Shown here: in pieces, positions 56,365 through 64,000 of the stretch
Position numbering within the stretch: the first letter of the stretch is position 1
How the letters are laid out: every line of letters starts with the position of its first letter
DNA from: a virus
Lineage: Duplodnaviria > Heunggongvirae > Uroviricota > Caudoviricetes
Reading direction: 5' to 3' (one strand)
DNA length: 64,000 bases
IMG/VR virus record: IMGVR_UViG_3300028534_000019
Coordinates: 31,091 to 95,090 of that record
Translations under genes and position numbers: made by a program
The notes under the pieces: generated by a model
The model's input: the letters and a program-made list of their open reading frames with translations, nothing else
Databases searched by the model: none
Told to the model about the DNA's origin: nothing

Positions 56365-57435
56365 ATGAATGATATAATGTATAATAAGAGTAATTTAAAC
56401 TCAACTAAAATTTTTTATAGAGCAGTAATAGAAAATAGAGTTGACCCTAAAAAACTTGGTAGATGTCAAGTTAGAATATTAGGAATACACTCCGAAGAAG
56501 CCACAGGAGATAAAGTTCCAAAGGAGAACCTACCTTGGGCTGAGTTGATAGGAAGCAACGGTTATAACGGAGGTATGAGTGGTATAGGTATTAGTGCTGT
56601 ACCTGAGCAAGGTTCTTGGGTATGGGTATTCTTAGAAGATGGTGATTGGAATAAACCTATTATAGTAGGTACAATATATGGTATATCATCAATGTTAAGC
56701 CCCGGCACTAACCCCGGTTTTCACGACCCTGATGTACAATTTCCTTATGCTGATAGACTTAATGAGCCTGATTTTAATAGATTAGCAAGAAATGAAAAAG
56801 TAAATGAAACAATAATTATTACAATCAAGGATGCTAATAGAGATAAATCAATACCAACATCAACTGGTAAATTATGGGATGAATTGAAAGAAACTACTAC
56901 TTTAGCAGAATACCCAAATAATAGAGTGATAGAAACAAGACACCATTCTTATATAGAACTTGATGATACTGATGGTAATGAAAGATACCATTATATTCAT
57001 AAAACAGGAACTTATAGAGAAATAGTAGAAACAGGTGATGAAACAAACAAAGTAATAAGAGATAAGTACCTAATAGTTGATAGAAATCTTAAAGAATTAA
57101 TAAAGGGTAATATGTGGACTACTGTTTATGGTGATAATGAAGATTATGTACAAGGTTATAGAGAGATACTTGTTTCAGATTATCAACACGAAATAGTTGA
57201 AAAACATCTTAAAGAAGAATATATGGACTATAAAGAAGAAGATGTGCATAAATATCTAAAAGAGCATTATCATAGCACCAAAGATGAAACAGTTGATGGT
57301 ATGCTAACAGAGAAATATAATAGTACAAAAACAGAAACAGTGTCAGGTTTAGTAAGTGAGAGTTATAATTCAGGACAAACAACAGATGGCGGGCCGTTTA
57401 TACAAATAACAGCAGGTGTTATAACTCTTAACTAA
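56365..57435 (+). CDS. 5: baseplate hub / spike protein gp5-like (N-terminal OB domain, no obvious lysozyme domain)
   Basis: FYRAVIENRVDPKKLGRCQVRILGIH resembles the T4 gp5 N-terminal OB fold (VVEDxMDPxxLGRVRVRxxGxH). Confidence 0.6.
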   Translation: MNDIMYNKSNLNSTKIFYRAVIENRVDPKKLGRCQVRILGIHSEEATGDKVPKENLPWAELIGSNGYNGGMSGIGISAVPEQGSWVWVFLEDGDWNKPIIVGTIYGISSMLSPGTNPGFHDPDVQFPYADRLNEPDFNRLARNEKVNETIIITIKDANRDKSIPTSTGKLWDELKETTTLAEYPNNRVIETRHHSYIELDDTDGNERYHYIHKTGTYREIVETGDETNKVIRDKYLIVDRNLKELIKGNMWTTVYGDNEDYVQGYREILVSDYQHEIVEKHLKEEYMDYKEEDVHKYLKEHYHSTKDETVDGMLTEKYNSTKTETVSGLVSESYNSGQTTDGGPFIQITAGVITLN

Positions 57436-57446
57436 AAGGATAAAAA

Positions 57447-58292
57447 ATGGAATTAAAAGTAAAAGATTTTATTATAGATAAAAATATACCATTAGCACTA
57501 ATAGAAAATCCTGTTAAGGCAACGGCTTGTGCTGTAAAAGGTATGAAATTATATGAAGAAAGTAAAATTTTAAAAAGTTTGTTTAATATAGGAAGAATAA
57601 AATTAAGAGTTTTAAAACCAATATTAGAAGGACTTTTATTAATTGAAACTGTTAAAAATTTATCAGTAGTATTACCAAGTCCAACTAAGATTACAGAAGT
57701 AAATGCTAATGCTAGTATAAATTTACCTGAATGTTTGGTTGGTAAAAAAGTAACAGCAGTTGCTAATAAAATAAATAATTCTACATCAAAAGCAAGTGTT
57801 AGTGTAGAAATTAAGAATAATATTGATATAATGTCAGTAACAGCAGAAGATTATATAAACAAAACTGTTTCAGGGATTGTTAATAGTGTATATTTACCAT
57901 TCTTTTATTTACTTGATGAGTATAGATGGTTTATTCAAAAAACTGAGTTTGCTAAACTTTATAAAGAATGGAAAGAAGATTATAGTTGTTTTGTTAATAA
58001 TTGCGAACCACTAAAAGATATTGTAACAGATGATTCTTATATGTGGGAAGATAATAGAAGTCAATTTATTTTACCAATTGATATTAATTCAGGAAAATTA
58101 AGACTTTGGAAGATATTAGGAAATCCTAGTGAAACAACAAAAGATAAATGTTATGAAATAGAAAAAGAATATTATGATTTTACACAAAAAAGAAAAGAAT
58201 TAGCTCAACAAGGTAAGAAAATATTATATGAAAAAGGAATACCTGATGAAATAAACCCTTTTATAGAACTAATAAATAAATATAAAATATAA
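57447..58292 (+). CDS. baseplate-module protein
   Basis: 281-aa ORF between gp5-like and gp25-like. Confidence 0.4.
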   Translation: MELKVKDFIIDKNIPLALIENPVKATACAVKGMKLYEESKILKSLFNIGRIKLRVLKPILEGLLLIETVKNLSVVLPSPTKITEVNANASINLPECLVGKKVTAVANKINNSTSKASVSVEIKNNIDIMSVTAEDYINKTVSGIVNSVYLPFFYLLDEYRWFIQKTEFAKLYKEWKEDYSCFVNNCEPLKDIVTDDSYMWEDNRSQFILPIDINSGKLRLWKILGNPSETTKDKCYEIEKEYYDFTQKRKELAQQGKKILYEKGIPDEINPFIELINKYKI

Positions 58293-58303
58293 TAGGGTAT
58301 AAT

Positions 58304-58654
58304 ATGAGATATGTTGATATTAATAATAATTTAAAGTTAGATAAAGATTATAAAGCAGTAGAAAATTCTGTACATAATATATTATCAACAAGAAAAGGTT
58401 CAGTGCCAGGAGTTCCAAATTTTGGAAGTAATTTATATTCTATTGTTTTCAATCAACTAGACCCAATTATAGAAACAACAATAAAAAATGAAATAGTAGA
58501 AGCATTAGAATATTGGGAACCGAGAATTGATATTAAACATATAAATATCATTGAAGATGAAGATTATAACAGACTAAAAGTGTTCATAGGTTATGAGATA
58601 TTATATGATGTAATACAAAAAGAATATGAATATCTGTTTGTAATTAACAAATAA
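58304..58654 (+). CDS. 25: baseplate wedge protein gp25 / GPW family
   Basis: VHNILSTRKGSVPGVPNFGSNLYSIVFNQLD matches the GPW_gp25 core. 116 aa. Confidence 0.75.
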   Translation: MRYVDINNNLKLDKDYKAVENSVHNILSTRKGSVPGVPNFGSNLYSIVFNQLDPIIETTIKNEIVEALEYWEPRIDIKHINIIEDEDYNRLKVFIGYEILYDVIQKEYEYLFVINK

Positions 58655-58670
58655 GGATATGGAGAAATAA

Positions 58671-61600
58671 ATGAGTACAACTAGTGAAGAACTTTTAGAG
58701 ATAGTACCTTATGATTTAGAAGAAATTAAAAAAGAACTTAAAGATAGAGCAATATCTGATTTAGGAATGACTGATGCTCAATATGAGGGTTCAAATATTT
58801 CACAAATAATAGATATTATTGCTTATAATACATTAATTAATAATTATAATTTTACTTATGGTTTTAATGAAATGTTTATTACAAAAGCAAGAGATAAATC
58901 TAATGTAATTTCACACGCAAGGGCTTTGGGTTATATTAATAAAAGAAAAACATCTTATCAATATAAAATTAGATTAAAATCTAAAGTAGCTGGACAAGTA
59001 ACATTAGATAAATACACACCTTTTGAATCAGGTGGTAATCAATATGTTTATATGGGTGACCCTTTTACTGATTCTTTTGGTACTGAGATAATTATCTATT
59101 CTCTATATAATGAATATGAAAATGGTTTAACTCAAGATTTTTATAAAAATATTGTAAAAGATGATTATATTATTACTGAAGAGGGTGTTGTATTTAGACT
59201 TCTTGATAATACAGAAGAAGCAGAATATCCAAAAATGCTACTTGAACAAATTACAAAAGGTGAAGTAAAAGAGTTATCAGGTTTACCACAACAAATTTTT
59301 TATAAAGATAAAAGAACATCAAAATTAGTTCAATTCGGAACAGTTGATAGTTATCTAATTTCAGGTGATAAATTTCTAGTACAATATAATTCAGATTCTT
59401 ATAATAGATTAAATCCTTGGACTGTAAGTCCTTTAATAACAAATAGTTTTAAATTAATAGATGGTAAATTAACAGTTGATAATGACTTAAATTTTAATAA
59501 TCAGTCAGATTTTAAAATACAAAGTATAGTTGAAGTATTAGTTGATATTGAAGCAGATGGTAATTATGTTGTATATGATGTTAATTCTGTTACAATATCA
59601 GATGATAAAACAACAGTTTATTTCCCTACTGATAAGATGGCTGTAAGAGAAAATGTAAACTCAGCAAATATTCATTCATTGGGTGGTGATGCTTATTCTA
59701 TTGATACTCAATATATCATATATGATGAAGATTCAGTAACAGAATTAGAAATTATTATTGCTGGTTTAGAACCTCTAAGATTATATAAAAAAGGTTATGT
59801 AGTTGTTAATGATGATGATGATAAACTTAAAAGAGTTGCTTTAGACCCTATTAAAAATAGATTAACTGATGATTATATAGCACCTGAAATAAATACAACT
59901 TTGTATGTATTTGATAAACCAATTGTTGAAAGAGTTATAAGTGTAGATTTAGTAAAAATAACCAAAGCATCAGATGGTAGTGTAATATTTGTTCCTGATG
60001 ATAAAATAACATTATCTGATAATCAAATGATTATAGATGATTCAGTAGGTTTAGAAAAAGATGATGAAGTAGAAGTTAGTTATACTTTTTATACTAATGT
60101 TACTGAAGCAGATGTTTATGTTCATTACTTATATTCTTATAGTGATTTAGATGGTAAACATCTTAAAATAAGTATAGGTTATGATGAAAATAATGATGGA
60201 AGACCTGATGCTTTAATTTCTTTTTCAGATTTAAAACCTGAGCCCGGGATTAATTGGGAAGGTTTTCCTTTGTTTGATTGGCAAGAAGAAACAGAAATTC
60301 TTATATTTGATATTAGAACTTTGAATATAGATGACACATTAGTTAAACAATCTTTATATAAAGAAACTGGTTTACAAATACACGAATGTTTTACTACACC
60401 TTTTAGATTAACAAGATTTTCAAAGACACAACCTGAAGTAGATGCTTTAGGTAAAGTTACTTATCAAGATTTTGATAGTAGCACTTGTTTTGCTAGTACA
60501 AAAACTATACAAGAAAAATATGAATTTGAAGTTGTTGTTACTGAGGGTTCTATGGAAAGATATAGTGAATTAGATGATGAAGGTAACATTAAATATCCTG
60601 AATTAAGTGTTGTTATTACACCTGATATGGAACAATCAGGTTATTTTGTTATTTATGGTAAAGATATAGAACAAAATGGTATAGAAATGTTTATTGATGG
60701 TGTTAAGAAAAATGGTACACTTCATAACTCTAAACCTTGGTATCAAAGAAGTTCATTATTAGCTGAAAAGATAATTGAAGATAATACTTTTATTTCATTA
60801 CCTGATGCTGAATATCCTGATTATATCAAAATTTATACTAGATATGCTTCTTCAGGTATAGAAATTATGAGTGGAAACTTATGTAAATTGAATATACTTA
60901 AAACATCAGGTTCTAAGGGTTATACTAACCTTTTAATTTCTCCTAAAGATACTAGTATTTTTGATGCTGTTTATATTAATGAAGAAGCAAAAGTTCCTAA
61001 TATATTATTTGTAGAAGGAAGTGATGAAGAGAGTATTGATGAAATTAGAGAAAATGCTCCATTATTTAGTAATACAGCTAATAGAGCAGTAACTAAAAAA
61101 GATTATAAAACTATTTGTGAGGCTCAACCTTATGTTTATAATGCTCAGATTTGGGGTGGTGAAGAGATAAGACCTTGTCCTCATTTAGGAGAAGTTTATA
61201 TATCTATTATACCTTATTCAAGAACATTAGACTTGGTTAAAGATAATGATACTTATAAAATTGATACATCATTACCTGAAATGTTTTTTCCAACATATTA
61301 CCAAATAACAGGTAAGATTGAGGAAACATCAACTGAGAAAAATATAACTGATAAGAGTATTTTATTTAATATTTTAGATAATTATAAAGTAATTACAATA
61401 AAATTAAATTATGCTAAACCTGTATATATAGAAAGTAAAGTAACAATAGATTTACTTAAAAATAAACCGGGTAAATCAGTTAATGAAATTAGACAAGATT
61501 TGGTTAATGCTATTAGAAATTATTTTACTGAAAATGTAGAATTTTTTGAATCAACAATTTATAAATCAACTTTAGTTAAAAAACTTGATGAAGTTATAGG

Positions 61601-62429
61601 TGATTATTATGGTTTAAATGCTAATATTTCTTATTGGGTTAATATTTGGGCTGATGTAGTTAATACAACAAATGGTTCTTTTAGTTTCAGTCACACAAGA
61701 ACAGTGGATTATGATGAAACACACCAAGTAGCAACAGGTATTATACAAAGAATTAATAAATTTAATTTATATCTTGCTTATCCTATTGAACCTATGTTTA
61801 AACCAAATAAAGTTATAGATGGTAATTTGGTATATGGTGATTTGGATGTTGATGCTTTAACTAAGATAGGTGCTAGAGATGTTTTTTTAACTAATGATGA
61901 AATATATTTAGATTTAAACTATGCTCATATTAGAGCATTTGATAAAAATGATGTAGAAACAAGAGCATACCCAACTGAGGAAGACCAATTGATACAAATT
62001 CCTATTATGTGGAAAGTTCCTAATTATAATATAGGAAAAATGCTAACTATTTTACCTACTGAGGTAAAAGATAAATTAGGTTTAGAAAACCAAACAGGTT
62101 CAACATTAACAATAGATTTAGAATATAGAATAGGATGGTATAATATTTATAGAGATATTAAAATTATTGATGTTGTTATAGAACAATTAGATGAAAATAC
62201 AACAAGTTTTTTAGAAACTTCTTTTATAAATTATATTGTTATGAATCAAGTTGATGAATATATTTTAAAAACTTTCCCAGGAGAAAGTAGATGGGATTAT
62301 AAATCAACTATATTACCTAGAATGGCTTTTTTAGAAAGAATAAAATTAGATATTTTACCTCAATATGAAGATTTACAATTTGTTAGAAACACCTTTCCAA
62401 TAATTGAACAAGTAGAATTTATAGCATAA
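58671..62429 (+). CDS. 6: baseplate wedge protein gp6-like (baseplate J family, enlarged)
   Basis: 1252 aa. Directly after gp25, as in T4 (25-6-7). Confidence 0.55.
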   Translation: MSTTSEELLEIVPYDLEEIKKELKDRAISDLGMTDAQYEGSNISQIIDIIAYNTLINNYNFTYGFNEMFITKARDKSNVISHARALGYINKRKTSYQYKIRLKSKVAGQVTLDKYTPFESGGNQYVYMGDPFTDSFGTEIIIYSLYNEYENGLTQDFYKNIVKDDYIITEEGVVFRLLDNTEEAEYPKMLLEQITKGEVKELSGLPQQIFYKDKRTSKLVQFGTVDSYLISGDKFLVQYNSDSYNRLNPWTVSPLITNSFKLIDGKLTVDNDLNFNNQSDFKIQSIVEVLVDIEADGNYVVYDVNSVTISDDKTTVYFPTDKMAVRENVNSANIHSLGGDAYSIDTQYIIYDEDSVTELEIIIAGLEPLRLYKKGYVVVNDDDDKLKRVALDPIKNRLTDDYIAPEINTTLYVFDKPIVERVISVDLVKITKASDGSVIFVPDDKITLSDNQMIIDDSVGLEKDDEVEVSYTFYTNVTEADVYVHYLYSYSDLDGKHLKISIGYDENNDGRPDALISFSDLKPEPGINWEGFPLFDWQEETEILIFDIRTLNIDDTLVKQSLYKETGLQIHECFTTPFRLTRFSKTQPEVDALGKVTYQDFDSSTCFASTKTIQEKYEFEVVVTEGSMERYSELDDEGNIKYPELSVVITPDMEQSGYFVIYGKDIEQNGIEMFIDGVKKNGTLHNSKPWYQRSSLLAEKIIEDNTFISLPDAEYPDYIKIYTRYASSGIEIMSGNLCKLNILKTSGSKGYTNLLISPKDTSIFDAVYINEEAKVPNILFVEGSDEESIDEIRENAPLFSNTANRAVTKKDYKTICEAQPYVYNAQIWGGEEIRPCPHLGEVYISIIPYSRTLDLVKDNDTYKIDTSLPEMFFPTYYQITGKIEETSTEKNITDKSILFNILDNYKVITIKLNYAKPVYIESKVTIDLLKNKPGKSVNEIRQDLVNAIRNYFTENVEFFESTIYKSTLVKKLDEVIGDYYGLNANISYWVNIWADVVNTTNGSFSFSHTRTVDYDETHQVATGIIQRINKFNLYLAYPIEPMFKPNKVIDGNLVYGDLDVDALTKIGARDVFLTNDEIYLDLNYAHIRAFDKNDVETRAYPTEEDQLIQIPIMWKVPNYNIGKMLTILPTEVKDKLGLENQTGSTLTIDLEYRIGWYNIYRDIKIIDVVIEQLDENTTSFLETSFINYIVMNQVDEYILKTFPGESRWDYKSTILPRMAFLERIKLDILPQYEDLQFVRNTFPIIEQVEFIA

Positions 62430-62462
62430 TTTATGCTATAAATACTTTTAAAAAGAGGTTAA

Positions 62463-64000
62463 TATGACTAATGATATATATCCACTTTTGGATGAAAGTC
62501 TAATAAATGAAAATATAGTAAATTATAATTTATTTAAAGATATATTAATGTCTTTTTTTAGAAATAATGCTAATATTGAAAATGTTATTAATAATCCTGT
62601 TTTACTTTATGACTTTGATTATCTAATTGAACAATATTATGATACTTTAGCTGGTGAAGATACAAATAAAATTAGAAAAGAACTATTTAAAATTAATATG
62701 GAAGAAATAAATGATGTTCTTGATAGTACATCACTTAATGATGATGTATTAGAACATTTTTATGATTTTTATAGAAGTATGGGTAAAGGTATTGATGATG
62801 TTAAATTAATTAATAACTTATCAAATGATATTAATTCTCAATATTTTAATACAGCTAGAATTTATAAAATGAAAAAAGGTACATATTTAGGATATGATTT
62901 TATATTTAGTCTTTTAGGAAAAACAGGTCTTGAACCATTATTTAAAGGTGCTGAATTAGAAATTAAAGAACTTGATGAACCTTTTAAATACCAAATTAAA
63001 TCACAAGTACCAAGAGAAATATTAAAAGATACATTGTTAAAAATAACACATCCTTGTGGTTTTGAATACAGTTTTGTTTCATATGATTATATTGGTTTTG
63101 ATGAATTTTATTCTTTTTATTATGAAACTTTTTATAACTCAATAATTTTTAAACAAAATGATGGTACAATAATATTCTCATTAGAGAAAGAGTCTGATTA
63201 TTCGACAAATTTAATTTCTAGTTATTATGATGGAATTAGAAATTTTAATGTTACTGATGATGAAGTTTATGGTACTTTGGTTGAAGTTTTATTCATAAAT
63301 AATTTTTATTTTAAAGAATTAATGGATAGAACAACTGAATTATTTTTAAAATTACAATATAATGAAATTTATACAGTACAAGAAGATTCTCCTATTGAAG
63401 TTAAAGATATATATGATGTTGGAACTAATTTAGAAATATTAATAACAAATATTGAGTTAATTAATATTGAAATTGGTGAATTATATTATGAAGTAGGAAA
63501 TAAAGAAAATTCTATTAATAATGGAAAATATCTTTTTAACTTTAAACTAAAAGAAGCAAAAACATTATATATAGTTGGACAAAATTCATTTAAAGTTAGA
63601 TATACAATAGCTGGTGATAGCCCTAATCAAGGGTGGTATTATGCTGATATACCTATTATAGACCCTGTTGTATCACAAGATAATAAAAAAGTTTATGAAG
63701 ATATTAATTTTACGAAAGAAGATATTCTAAAAGATTTTAATTATAATGGTGTTTATCTTAAAAAATTTGATACTACTAATTATTTTTTAATCAATAAAAC
63801 AGAAAACAATAAACTTGATTTGATTAGAGATGAATTATATTGGGATATGTTTATACATATTGGACTTTATACATCACAAACATTTTTATTAGAAGATATA
63901 TTTGAGCCAAAACCTAATGAAATTTGTAGAAAAGTACAAATAGGTATGGAAACTACTTATTATAAAGAAAAACTTAAAATAGGTGGTTTTAAAATTGGTT
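62463..64000 (+). CDS. 5' part of a large baseplate wedge gene (gp7-like by position), runs off the window end
   Basis: Open frame from the ATG at 62463 (RBS AAAGAGG) with no stop to base 64000. Absent from the ORF track only because it is unterminated. Confidence 0.5.

Overview
This window is an AT-rich, densely packed bacteriophage genome segment with T4-like content and synteny. Nearly all genes are on the + strand. The exception is a divergently transcribed tail block at 44791..47935 on the - strand.

Recognisable T4-type genes:
- Replication: gp32 SSB, RNase H, gp61 primase.
- Packaging: gp17-like large terminase and a ClpP-like protease.
- Tail and baseplate: gp15, three gp19 tail-tube paralogs, a 1419-aa tape-measure protein with an embedded M15 peptidase domain and tandem repeats, then gp5-like, gp25-like, gp6-like and the start of a gp7-like gene.

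Accessory cargo between these is unusual for a phage:
- A translation-rescue and tRNA set: an ssrA/tmRNA gene with an epsilonproteobacteria-like tag ORF, smpB, a CCA-adding enzyme directly upstream of the tmRNA, and a YqeY/GatB-domain protein.
- Two DnaK/Hsp70 paralogs plus a DnaJ-like J-protein.
- A Sir2 deacetylase overlapping a DUF488 gene, plus NADAR and Nudix genes.
- Two tandem nucleotidyltransferase-fold proteins, followed by a ParM-like actin.
- An SPFH/Band7 protein, and a MoxR AAA+ ATPase with a VWA-metallopeptidase partner.
- ThyX, dCMP deaminase, a radical-SAM enzyme and an NPPY methyltransferase.

The most unexpected pattern is a recurrent extreme C-terminal Y-P-E-[ILY]-x-F tail shared by seven otherwise unrelated ORFs.

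Promoter architecture is readable. Repeated host-like extended -10 plus AAAGGA-RBS cassettes sit in front of accessory genes. T4-type TATAAATA late motifs sit in front of structural genes, including a perfect 20-nt palindrome that serves both divergent tail operons.

The host is inferred to be Campylobacter or Helicobacter-like (a CP220-like group II myovirus), based on the tmRNA tag, the promoter style and the radical-SAM content. This is inference only. No database search was possible, and all homology calls rest on motif recognition by eye.
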